Positions 21,201-29,326 of a DNA stretch of 44,172 nt are shown piece after piece; the stretch's first letter is position 1; every line of letters starts with the position of its first letter. Both the position numbers and the translations under genes were made by a program. The stretch spans positions 670,771-714,942 of the forward strand of contig JACPKY010000002.1 of the NCBI GenBank assembly GCA_016186795.1, in the 5' to 3' direction. The notes beneath the pieces are model-generated. The model had not been told where the DNA came from. It did not search any database and saw only the letters and a program-made list of their open reading frames with translations. Source of the DNA: Candidatus Gottesmanbacteria bacterium (lineage in GTDB: Bacteria > Patescibacteriota > Microgenomatia > 2-02-FULL-39-11).

Positions 21201-21577
21201 GTCCCATTTTCGGTCATGATTGGAATATCTCCTAAGAAGACTTCTTGGCGAGTTTCCCTTCCAGTTTGTTTATTTGTAAGTATTGCTTCCACTTTCAAAG
21301 GAGCATCAAAGGTTAACCCCTTATCCAAACATTCTAAGGGGGTATAGCGGGGAGAATCAAAGTAATGCTTTCCGAAAACCAAATTCCAGTTTTTGCCGGT
21401 AAAATCTTCAATGGGAGAAAGTTCCGCAAGTAGGTCACCAATACCTTTTTGAAGAAACCACGCATAGGATTCCTTCTGAACTGCAGTAAGGTCGAGAATG
21501 GGAAGATTTGAAAACTTTTTGCCCCAATACAATCGTTTCTTAGCCTCAGAAGAATTTGAGTTGTTGATTTTGGACAT
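18242..21577 (-). CDS. rpoB: RNA polymerase beta subunit
   Basis: GTFIINGVER, PEGPNIGL, GDKLAGRHGNKG and GGQRLGEMEVWALEA motifs; ATG at 21577 preferred. Confidence 0.99.
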   Translation of the reverse strand: MSKINNSNSSEAKKRLYWGKKFSNLPILDLTAVQKESYAWFLQKGIGDLLAELSPIEDFTGKNWNLVFGKHYFDSPRYTPLECLDKGLTFDAPLKVEAILTNKQTGRETRQEVFLGDIPIMTENGTFIINGVERCIVNQIVRSPGVYFTGDIDPVIGKVLYVAEVRPLFGSWLDFSISRNDVITVRIDRRRKYSATTLLRAVGIETDEELLAIFAGTEKQLPYIANTIEKDPTKTKEEALIEIYRKMRPGEPAVVENAQELLNSLFFNPRRYSMGAVGRYKINKKLGLALSTEKENWILTKEDFIGIMKYLINLTFGKGDRDDIDHMGNRRIRRVGELVATNAFKIGLSRLERSIRERMSLAGTQIEITPSQVINARPIIAAINDFFRTSQLSTILDQTNPLAEIDNLRRLTVMGAGGISRERASFSIRDINASQYSRICPVRSPEGPNIGLVTYMALYAKVNEFGFLEAPYRKVAKETKTRKPKATQEIVYLTADDEQKYYITHADIPLDDNGYMKDKRVPARYKGEFIETEADNVTYMDVVPRQVVGVSASLIPFLAHDEANRALMGTHMQCQAVPLIQPASPVVGTGMEHVIPEALRREVIAPDDGKITYVDATKLTFKGKNGKENTYKIEKFKRTSQNTCFSQRPLVSLNEKVEKGRPLIDAPATEHGELALGQNLTIAYCSFDGLGYEDAIVISDKLVQKDLLTSISIEEYETEVVDTKLGPEETTRDIPNVGEEALANLDERGIVVIGAEVNPNDILVGKIAPKGETELTAEERLLRAIFGEKAREVRDTSLRMPHGEKGVVVEVKILDRESGDELQPGTIKKIIVKVAQIRKVVVGDKLAGRHGNKGVISKIVPAADMPYLEDGTPVDVIISPLSVLSRMNLGQLLEAHLGWAATWGNYKVAVPVFERISEQNIISELDKHSPSSSGKATLYDGRSGQPLKERVVVGTGYIMKLIHMVEDKTHARSTGPYSLVTQQPLGGKAQMGGQRLGEMEVWALEAHRAANTLQEMLTIKSDDVIGRARAFEAIVKGADIPASTIPESFKVLVKELQSLGLNVIPTGVVTASQKSVAQMADQEAIEEEKVEKQAHDLAEASGEKVIEEEES

Positions 21578-21598
21578 TGGGATTTTCTTTCTTAGGAA

Positions 21599-21641
21599 GA
21601 CAAAAAACGACAAAAGAAGCGTACGTAATACCTGTACGCCT
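21599..21641 (-). terminator. Attenuator-like hairpin plus U-rich tract in the rpoB leader
   Basis: Minus strand AGGCGTAC-aggtattac-GTACGCTT followed by CTTTTGTCGTTTTTT. Confidence 0.5.
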
Positions 21642-21663
21642 ATTTCCGCTTTAAGTTTCTCAC

Positions 21664-21692
21664 ATTATACGCACCGCTTTTCACCTTGTCAA
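21664..21692 (-). promoter_or_regulatory. Perfect-consensus sigma70 promoter for rpoB
   Basis: Minus strand TTGACA-17 nt-TATAAT. Confidence 0.88.
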
Positions 21693-21732
21693 GTATGAAA
21701 CCGATGATTCTTTTTTTCCTGCATCAATAATA

Positions 21733-21761
21733 TTGCACACTCCTCTACTGTGTGCTATACT
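21733..21761 (+). promoter_or_regulatory. Sigma70 promoter for nusA, divergent from the rpoB promoter
   Basis: TTGCAC-17 nt-TATACT with extended TG (TGcTATACT). Confidence 0.78.
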
Positions 21762-21786
21762 TACCTTTGTTTTTGGAGTGAATTAA

Positions 21787-21812
21787 TGGTGGGACATCCC
21801 CACCAATTTTTT
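21787..21812 (+). terminator. nusA leader hairpin plus U-tract (attenuator-like)
   Basis: TGGTGGG-ACATC-CCCACCA-ATTTTTT, ending 3 nt before the ATG at 21816. Confidence 0.6.
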
Positions 21813-21815
21813 AAT

Positions 21816-22871
21816 ATGGCAGTAACAATCCGTACTGAATTTGCTCTTGCACTCAATCAGGTAGCTACCGAGCGAGGACTTGATCCAAAAATTGTCCTTG
21901 AAACTATTAAGGCCGCAATACTTGCGGCTTACAGAAAGGATTATGGTGGAAAAGATGTCGAAGAGCTCGAGGTAGAAATAAATCCGGATACAGGAGAAGC
22001 AAAAGTTTTCAAAGATAAAAAAGATATTACTCCACCAGGATTTGGAAGAATTGCCGCCCAAACGGCAAAACAAGTAATTCTTCAAAGAATCCGCGAAGCA
22101 GAAAAAAAGGCAATTATTGCTGACTACTCTATGCGTGTCGGTTCAATTGTAAACGGTATGGTTTTACGATTTGACGGTCCAAACATCATCGTCGACATTG
22201 GGAAAGCTGAAGCAATCATGCCCCCTCAAGAACAGACGCCAACGGAACATTATCGACTCAACCAACGGCTCACATTCTATATAGAAGGAATACGAGAAAC
22301 AATGCGTGGCGATCAAATCATTGTTTCGCGAGCACATAAAGGTCTTATTATAGGTCTTTTCCAACGAGAAGTACCAGAAGTTGCCAATAAAGCAGTACAA
22401 ATTAAAGAAATCGCCAGAGAACCAGGCCATAGAACAAAAATCTCTGTCTATTCAAATCAAAGTGGTGTTGATCCTGTTGGAAGCTGTGTTGGACAAAAGG
22501 GAATAAGAGTGCAAGCGGTTATCAATGAGCTCGGTGGTAGTGAAAAGGTAGATATAATTCAATGGAACGACGACCCGGTACTCTTTATTCAAGCAGCTCT
22601 TGCTCCAGCAAAAGATATTGAGGTTATTCTTGATGCAAAGAAAAGGACTGTCCAAGCGCTTGTTGATGATGATCAGTTATCGTTGGCAATTGGAAAAGAA
22701 GGACAGAACGTGAGACTTGCAGGAAAACTTACAGGATGGAAAATTGATATAAAATCTAAATCCGGTACTAGTCCCCAACGACCCTTACGAGAAATATCAA
22801 AAGAACAACGACCAAAAACTTCAAACAAAGCTGAAGAGAAAGAAGCCAAAAAAAAGAAAGATGAGAAATAG
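21816..22871 (+). CDS. nusA: Transcription termination factor NusA
   Basis: FGRIAAQTAKQVILQRIREAE, S1 and KH domains (DPVGSCVGQKG, LSLAIGKEGQNVRLA); ATG at 21816. Confidence 0.98.
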   Translation: MAVTIRTEFALALNQVATERGLDPKIVLETIKAAILAAYRKDYGGKDVEELEVEINPDTGEAKVFKDKKDITPPGFGRIAAQTAKQVILQRIREAEKKAIIADYSMRVGSIVNGMVLRFDGPNIIVDIGKAEAIMPPQEQTPTEHYRLNQRLTFYIEGIRETMRGDQIIVSRAHKGLIIGLFQREVPEVANKAVQIKEIAREPGHRTKISVYSNQSGVDPVGSCVGQKGIRVQAVINELGGSEKVDIIQWNDDPVLFIQAALAPAKDIEVILDAKKRTVQALVDDDQLSLAIGKEGQNVRLAGKLTGWKIDIKSKSGTSPQRPLREISKEQRPKTSNKAEEKEAKKKKDEK

Positions 22872-22931
22872 AACTCGCTTGAATTGTATTACACCGTAAC
22901 GCAATGTTTCGAAGTTTGTTTATTTCTTCCT

Positions 22932-24416
22932 ATGCAAAAAGGTACTCATATACAAAATACGTTGGTAGTGCGTCCACCCATTGTTACAATCCTGGGACAC
23001 GTCGATCACGGAAAAACGACACTTCTCGATGCCATTCGTAAAACGAATATTGCAGCTTCTGAATCTGGAGGTATTACTCAACACATAGGAGCCTATCAAA
23101 TAACCACCAAAGCAAGTGAGAAGCAATCCGAACAAGAAATTACGTTCATTGATACACCAGGACACCAGGCATTTTCCAAAATGCGTAGTCGCGGAGCAGA
23201 TGTTGCCGATATTGCAATTCTCGTGATAGCTGCAAACGACGGAGTCATGCCACAAACAGTCGAATCACTTTCAATGATTCAAACTGCAAAAATCCCCTAT
23301 ATTATTGCTTTGAATAAAACTGATCTCCCTGACATAAATGTAGGCAAAATCAAACAACAACTGACAAAACTAGGTGTACAGCTTGAAGAGTTTGGAGGTG
23401 ACGTGCCAACTATTGAACTTTCAGCAAAGAAAGGGCAAGGTATTGAAAAACTCCTCTCAACAATTCTTCTCCTTAGTGAACTTGCTCAAATTCGTGAGGA
23501 TCAACCTGGAGTATTGAGGGGTGTTGTCATTGAATCTACTCTCTCAAAAACGCAAGGAGCTATGGCGACGGTAGTAATTCGAAGCGGCTCCATCCGCATT
23601 GGTGATGAACTCATCTGCGGCGCATCGGAATTCAAAGTTCGAGCACTTCGAAACTGGCAGGGTCAAAGCTTACATGAGGCAAAAGCGGGTACACCGGTTG
23701 AAATACTTGGTTGGAATCAAGTGCCTCCAGTCGGATCTGTCCTCTACAAGAAAAATCAACGAGAATTACCTGAGTTCCACCCGATAAATACTGAAAAATT
23801 AACTCCTCCAATTTCCTCTACTCATCCTCTGGAAGTATCTCAGGATACATCGATTAAATTTATTATTAAAGCAGATACTGCAGGAACACTTGAGGCCATT
23901 GTAACAGCTTTAAAAGATAAGAAAGACATCATAACCATCTCAGCAACGGTAGGTGCTATTTCCGAATCAGATGTTCTCTTTGCCAAAACGACAGGTGCGA
24001 TTATCATTGGTTTCCATACCAAAATTCCGGAAAGTGTTTCCAAACTTGCAACATCCGAAAAGGTTATCATCAAGACGTACACAATTATCTATGAGCTTCT
24101 TGATGAGATGGACGAAGTTATTGAGGCAATAAAGAAAGGAAACCTAGTAACAGTACTCGGTGAGGCACGCGTACAAGCTCTTTTCCCTATCAAAGAGAAT
24201 GTTATTGCAGGTATCAAAGTTATCTCTGGTAGGATAGCTCGAGGAGATCAGATAAAACTAGTACGTGGGGAAAAGGAAGTGGGACGGTCAAAAATTAAAT
24301 CGCTTCGCCACGGAAAAGAGGATATAACGGTTGCAGATCAAGGGAAGGAAGCAGGCCTTATCCTTTCGCAATCACTGGAAATCTTGACAGGTGATAGTAT
24401 AATATCTATAGGCTAA
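22932..24416 (+). CDS. infB: Translation initiation factor IF-2, minimal form without N-terminal domain
   Basis: [30 protein letters not shown] and DTPGH motifs; ATG at 22932 gives 494 aa. Confidence 0.98.
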   Translation: MQKGTHIQNTLVVRPPIVTILGHVDHGKTTLLDAIRKTNIAASESGGITQHIGAYQITTKASEKQSEQEITFIDTPGHQAFSKMRSRGADVADIAILVIAANDGVMPQTVESLSMIQTAKIPYIIALNKTDLPDINVGKIKQQLTKLGVQLEEFGGDVPTIELSAKKGQGIEKLLSTILLLSELAQIREDQPGVLRGVVIESTLSKTQGAMATVVIRSGSIRIGDELICGASEFKVRALRNWQGQSLHEAKAGTPVEILGWNQVPPVGSVLYKKNQRELPEFHPINTEKLTPPISSTHPLEVSQDTSIKFIIKADTAGTLEAIVTALKDKKDIITISATVGAISESDVLFAKTTGAIIIGFHTKIPESVSKLATSEKVIIKTYTIIYELLDEMDEVIEAIKKGNLVTVLGEARVQALFPIKENVIAGIKVISGRIARGDQIKLVRGEKEVGRSKIKSLRHGKEDITVADQGKEAGLILSQSLEILTGDSIISIG

Positions 24417-24420
24417 AATT

Positions 24421-24441
24421 CCCCCTTAAGTGGGGGTTTTT
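24421..24441 (+). terminator. Intrinsic terminator-like hairpin after infB
   Basis: CCCCC-TTAAGT-GGGGG-TTTTT starting 4 nt after the infB stop. Confidence 0.7.
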
Positions 24442-24463
24442 CTTAAAAAGCCCGACAAATCTT

Positions 24464-25480
24464 ATGAATACATCTTTGGAACAGATCCATCAAGTACAAG
24501 CGACGATCGATCAAGCGGAAGAGATTGTAATTGCAATTTCGAAAAATCCATCATTTGATGCAATGGCGGCTGCATTATCGATCTACTTAACACTCTCTTC
24601 CCAAGGGAAGCGGGTATCAGTCGTTTGCCCAAATCCACCAACTGTTGAATTTAGTCACCTTGTCGGAACAGATAAACTGGGAAATGCCATTAATGGCGCG
24701 AGCGGAAGAAATCTCATTATCTCATTTCCCTATCAAGAAGGATCAATCGAAAAGGTTAGCTACAATATTGAGAACAATGCTTTTAACTTAGTTATCGAAC
24801 CTCGAGAGAATTTTCCACGGATCACACCAGAAATGATGAATTACTCCTATAGTGGAGGAAAAACGGATTTAATTATTACTGTTGGTGTTGCCCAGTTAAC
24901 CAACTTAGATACTCTTTACTCCAGAAATGAATCACTGTTTACAGAAAAGCCAATTGTAAACATCGATATTTCTTCTCAAAACCAACAATATGGGAAGATA
25001 AATATCGTCGATTCTACCACCACAACACTCTCTGAATTGGTCACAACGCTTCTTACACAGATGGATTTACCTATTGACCAAGATACAGCAACAAATCTGC
25101 TTGCAGGAATAACCGCTGGAAGCAACAGTTTTTCATTAGATTCAGCACAAGCATCAACATTTGAGACTGTCGCCTTCCTACTTCGAAAAGGAGCCAAAAG
25201 AATAATTGTTACAACTCAAGAGTCTACTTCTACCTCCATACCGTTTACACGACCACCAGTGAAGCCACAGGGAGGAATAAAACCTATCCAATCGCAATTT
25301 ACTAAACAACAATTCCAACAGCGAAATCTTCCACCTCGTCCGAAACAATATCCACAAACTCAACAGCAACCGCAGCAACCCAAAAATGAACAGCAGGGGA
25401 TATCTTCCAAACCGCAGAATAATGAAACCCCTCCTGATTGGCTAAAACCGAAAATATATAAAAGCTCGACACTTCTATAA
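24464..25480 (+). CDS. DHH/NrnA-like phosphoesterase homolog with degenerate catalytic motifs and a Q/P-rich tail
   Basis: NPSFDAMAAALS, DLIITVG, IVNID-ISS-QNQQYGKINIVD and ATNLLAGI follow DHH motif order; lies at a usual nrnA-type position after infB. Confidence 0.75.
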   Translation: MNTSLEQIHQVQATIDQAEEIVIAISKNPSFDAMAAALSIYLTLSSQGKRVSVVCPNPPTVEFSHLVGTDKLGNAINGASGRNLIISFPYQEGSIEKVSYNIENNAFNLVIEPRENFPRITPEMMNYSYSGGKTDLIITVGVAQLTNLDTLYSRNESLFTEKPIVNIDISSQNQQYGKINIVDSTTTTLSELVTTLLTQMDLPIDQDTATNLLAGITAGSNSFSLDSAQASTFETVAFLLRKGAKRIIVTTQESTSTSIPFTRPPVKPQGGIKPIQSQFTKQQFQQRNLPPRPKQYPQTQQQPQQPKNEQQGISSKPQNNETPPDWLKPKIYKSSTLL

Positions 25481-25486
25481 CCCCCA

Positions 25487-25515
25487 TTGTCTTTTTTATC
25501 AAGCTAGAGTATAAT
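25487..25515 (+). promoter_or_regulatory. Sigma70 promoter for rpsO-pnp
   Basis: TTGTCT-17 nt-TATAAT, 30 nt upstream of the rpsO ATG. Confidence 0.72.
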
Positions 25516-25545
25516 TATTCATCTTGTTAGCTTTTTGTATTATAT

Positions 25546-25812
25546 ATGGCACCCCCCGCAGATAAGAAAAAGATTATTGATGAATTTGCAATAAAAAATG
25601 GCGACACAGGAAGTCCAGAGGTGCAAATTGCCCTTCTTTCTTATAAAATAGAGAACTTAGTAAGCCATCTGAAAAAGAACCCAAAAGATGATCACTCTCG
25701 TCGAGGACTTCTTGGTGTTGTATCGAAACGAAGAAGACTCTTATCCTACCTGCAGAAAAAGGCAGAAGACCGCTATAAAACAATTATTAAAAAACTCGAC
25801 TTATCAAAATGA
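25546..25812 (+). CDS. rpsO: 30S ribosomal protein uS15
   Basis: [12 protein letters not shown] and [10 protein letters not shown]...RRRLLSYL motifs. Confidence 0.98.
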   Translation: MAPPADKKKIIDEFAIKNGDTGSPEVQIALLSYKIENLVSHLKKNPKDDHSRRGLLGVVSKRRRLLSYLQKKAEDRYKTIIKKLDLSK

Positions 25813-25894
25813 ATTTTTCGAATTCTCTTCTTGGGTTTGATAATAAAAATTACACATACCCCAGAACTCATTTACACATACATTCCCGCCCATA

Positions 25895-28045
25895 ATGAAA
25901 ATCGTTACAAAATCTGTTGAAATTGGTGGTCGAACACTCTCTCTTGAAGTTGGAAGATTTGCTGAACAAGCAACATCTGCAGTATTAGCCCGCTATGGCG
26001 ATACAATGGTTATAGCAACTGTTGTTGCTTCCGCCCAAGAATCTTCGCTTGATTATTTTCCGCTATCTGTTGAATACGTCGAGCGATTATATGCAGGTGG
26101 AAGAATCAAAGGAAGCAGATGGGTTAAACGTGAAGGAAGACCATCCGATGATGCAATTTTGAAAGGGAGACTCATTGACCGCACTATCCGTCCACTTTTT
26201 AATAAACTCTACCATCATGACGTTCAGGTTATTGTAACTGTTTTGTCCGTGGACGGAGAGAATGAACCAGATATTCTGGGCATTATTGCAACATCAGCTG
26301 CTCTTGCAATCTCCCCTATTCCATGGAATGGCCCTATTGGATCAGTCAGAATTGGATACATACCCCCCAAAAATGGTGAACACGGATTTTTTGTTAATCC
26401 CGGAGAAAAAGAGATGGCATTTTCGGAAATGGACCTTGTTGTCTCGGCGACTCCGGAAAAAACTGTGATGCTTGAGGCCGGAATGAATGAGCTCGATGAA
26501 AATATAACAATGAAAGGTATTCTCTTTGGGAAAAAGGAGATTAAAAAAATTATCGACTGTATCAATACGCTTATAAAAGAAATTGGTCAGAAAAAAACAC
26601 AGATTGAAATTGATGAAAAGAAGGAAACTCTTAGAAAACTACTCGCAAAAGACTACAAAGACGAAATAGCCAAAAGCATCAAGGCGAGAGTAGCAAAAGA
26701 ACAGGAGGGAAATGATCTTTCTCTCCTTGCAGATACCATATTCCAGACGCTTAGTGAAGAATATGACAAAAAAGATATTAAAGAAACTTTAGAATATCTC
26801 TTCAACCAACAGATACGAGAAACAACTCTTACTAAAAATGTCCGTCCAGATGGAAGAAACCCGAAAACAATTCGAGATATCAGCGGTGAAGTTGGTCTTC
26901 TTCCTCGAACTCATGGATCTGCTATGTTTAAACGAGGGCAAACTCAGGTATTAACCGTCGTTACTCTTGGTTCCCCATCACTAGAACAACTTATTGAAAG
27001 CCCAGAGGGAGAAACTGCAAAACGCTATATGCATCACTATAGCATGCCTCCTTACTCTGTTGGGGAAACAGGACGTGTTGGTTTCCCATCTCGAAGAGAA
27101 GTTGGTCATGGTGCATTAGCAGAAAGAGCGCTACTTCCCGTAATTCCTCCGCAGGATACGTTTCCCTATACCATTCGTCTTGTATCTGAGGTTATGTCAT
27201 CAAATGGATCTACATCAATGGCATCAGCCTGCGGTTCAACTCTCGCCCTCATGGATGCAGGAGTTCCTATCAAAAATCCAGTTGCCGGTATTGCAATGGG
27301 ACTTGTTTCAAATGGGAAAAAATATGTACTTCTTTCAGACATCATTGGTCTTGAAGATTTTTCCGGGGATATGGATTTCAAAGTCGCCGGAACAAAAAAT
27401 GGTATTACTGCCATCCAATTTGACACAAAAATCGATGGATTGACAGATGAGATGATCGAAGAAACTCTCAAGGAGGCACAAGTTGGTAGACTTCACATTC
27501 TCAGTAAAATGTTGGTAACTCTTCCAAAATCACGCACAAACCTCTCAAGGTATGCTCCTCGAGTCGTCATGCTCACCGTTCCACAGGAAAAGATCGGTGA
27601 AGTTATCGGCCCTGGAGGAAAAATAATCCGACAAATTATCGCAAGTACAGGATGCGACATAAATATTGATGATAAAGGTCAAGTAACAATTGCAGGGACG
27701 GATCCTGAAAAAGTTGAGATGGCTCACAAGTGGGTATTTGGTATTATCAAAGAGGTAAAACCGGAAGAGGTATATGAAGGAATAGTCAAACGCATCCTTT
27801 CCTTTGGAGTATTTGTAGAAATATTACCCGGGAGGGAAGGTATGGTTCATGTTTCACAAATGTCCACTGAATATGTAAGTGATCCAGCAAGTGTCGTTTC
27901 TATTGGTCAAAAAGTAACGGTTCGAGTCATAGACATTGACGATCAGGGACGGATTAACTTATCAATGCTTTTCGGAGAAGATGCGAAAAAGCGGCCACCT
28001 CAAAAAAGAGAACCAAGATTTGACCGGTCAAGAAAACGATTTTGA
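25895..28045 (+). CDS. pnp: Polyribonucleotide nucleotidyltransferase (PNPase)
   Basis: DYFPLSVEY, RLIDRTIRPLF, RREVGHG, SNGSTSMASACG and GDMDFKVAG motifs, plus KH and S1 domains. Confidence 0.98.
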   Translation: MKIVTKSVEIGGRTLSLEVGRFAEQATSAVLARYGDTMVIATVVASAQESSLDYFPLSVEYVERLYAGGRIKGSRWVKREGRPSDDAILKGRLIDRTIRPLFNKLYHHDVQVIVTVLSVDGENEPDILGIIATSAALAISPIPWNGPIGSVRIGYIPPKNGEHGFFVNPGEKEMAFSEMDLVVSATPEKTVMLEAGMNELDENITMKGILFGKKEIKKIIDCINTLIKEIGQKKTQIEIDEKKETLRKLLAKDYKDEIAKSIKARVAKEQEGNDLSLLADTIFQTLSEEYDKKDIKETLEYLFNQQIRETTLTKNVRPDGRNPKTIRDISGEVGLLPRTHGSAMFKRGQTQVLTVVTLGSPSLEQLIESPEGETAKRYMHHYSMPPYSVGETGRVGFPSRREVGHGALAERALLPVIPPQDTFPYTIRLVSEVMSSNGSTSMASACGSTLALMDAGVPIKNPVAGIAMGLVSNGKKYVLLSDIIGLEDFSGDMDFKVAGTKNGITAIQFDTKIDGLTDEMIEETLKEAQVGRLHILSKMLVTLPKSRTNLSRYAPRVVMLTVPQEKIGEVIGPGGKIIRQIIASTGCDINIDDKGQVTIAGTDPEKVEMAHKWVFGIIKEVKPEEVYEGIVKRILSFGVFVEILPGREGMVHVSQMSTEYVSDPASVVSIGQKVTVRVIDIDDQGRINLSMLFGEDAKKRPPQKREPRFDRSRKRF

Positions 28046-28051
28046 ATACAG

Positions 28052-29326
28052 TTAAATAATAGAAGGATCTGGAAGAGGTAGAATAAATTTTCCTCTATAT
28101 CCCTTATTTCTCAACTTCTGAATTAATTCATCTGCGATATGCCAAGAAAAAAGAAGGGCATAGTCTGGCGGTGAATGAAAAAGTAGTGACTCTTCAACGA
28201 CGGGAATTCGCGTTCCGGGCATATATTTTCCGATTTTATACGAACCATGGATTTCTAAAACACAGTCAATAATATTTTCATCTAAACCAACATAATTAAT
28301 AAGTGTACTTGCTCGCGATGGAGCTCCTATTCCATAGATGCGGTTTTTGTTCTTTTTGATTTTAAAAAGAAGCGTATAAAGCTTTAATTTAGAAAGCGTT
28401 ATCTTTCTTCTAAAATCATGTATCTTTTTAGAATCTAAATCATGCTGTTTCTCATCACGTAAAATCCTCGACACGCTTGTCTGAATAGTTTGTCTTCTTG
28501 TATTCCGACAAGCATAGACTCGAAGAGATCCTCCATGAGTAGGTATTTTTTTAGCATGAAAAATTGAAAGGCCATATTTTTTAAATATGAAGTTCAAACT
28601 TTGGAGGGAATAATACCGAAGATGTTCATGATAAATAGTATCGTACTGAAGCGATCTAATAAGTGAATAAATATAATGCGATTCTGTTATAAAAACTCCA
28701 TCCTCACCAAGTAAATCCAACACATTTTCCATAACAGAATGTACATCTTCGATATGTGCAAATACATTTGTTGCGGTAATAATTTTTGCTCGCCCTTGTT
28801 TTCTTTTGATTTTTTCAACAGCTTGTTTATTAAAAAAGGTGATGAGTGTTGGTATCCCACGTTTTTTTGCCAGGACTGCTGCATTTGAAGGTTCAACTCC
28901 TTGCACTCTGCAAAAGTTGGAAAAATTACTCAGGAGCGTTCCGTCATTTGATCCAATGTCAACAACGAGATCATTTCTGTCAAGGTGTAATAGTCTTCTG
29001 CATTCACCAAAAAGTTGAGTAAAGTTATCGCGTAATATTTTCGTCGTTCCACTCGTATAAGGATATTCAGGAGGAAAGAGAATTTTTGGATCGACAATAG
29101 TGCCTAATTGAAAAAGCTTACATACCGGACATTTGAGAAGGAGTGCTGGGTAGCTTGACTCTTCCTGTGGTTTACTCCCTACTTTCGGCATAGAATTTAC
29201 TGGAGGGAGATACCCAATAAATACTACATCGTCTAATTTCAGGTAACCGCAGATTTGGCATTTATCAACAACGATACTTTTCCCTGTCCCATACGCTCGT
29301 TTTATAGGAACTAACTTATTTCTCAT
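28052..29326 (-). CDS. NDP-sugar C-methyltransferase (TcaB9/TylCIII/NovU-like)
   Basis: Zn motif CQIC...CPVC, YPYTSG, DIGSNDG, NVFAH, YDTIYHEH and HGGSLR motifs. Confidence 0.9.
   Translation of the reverse strand: MRNKLVPIKRAYGTGKSIVVDKCQICGYLKLDDVVFIGYLPPVNSMPKVGSKPQEESSYPALLLKCPVCKLFQLGTIVDPKILFPPEYPYTSGTTKILRDNFTQLFGECRRLLHLDRNDLVVDIGSNDGTLLSNFSNFCRVQGVEPSNAAVLAKKRGIPTLITFFNKQAVEKIKRKQGRAKIITATNVFAHIEDVHSVMENVLDLLGEDGVFITESHYIYSLIRSLQYDTIYHEHLRYYSLQSLNFIFKKYGLSIFHAKKIPTHGGSLRVYACRNTRRQTIQTSVSRILRDEKQHDLDSKKIHDFRRKITLSKLKLYTLLFKIKKNKNRIYGIGAPSRASTLINYVGLDENIIDCVLEIHGSYKIGKYMPGTRIPVVEESLLFHSPPDYALLFSWHIADELIQKLRNKGYRGKFILPLPDPSII

Noticed and set aside
8-21698. Many 60-130 aa plus-strand ORFs opposite ribosomal and RNAP genes, and similar shadow ORFs elsewhere
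   Set aside because: They are antisense or off-frame shadows of conserved genes with no recognisable motifs.
24384-24403. TTGACA and TATAAT inside the infB 3' end
   Set aside because: The spacer is only 8 nt, so they cannot form one sigma70 promoter. The -10 alone remains possible.
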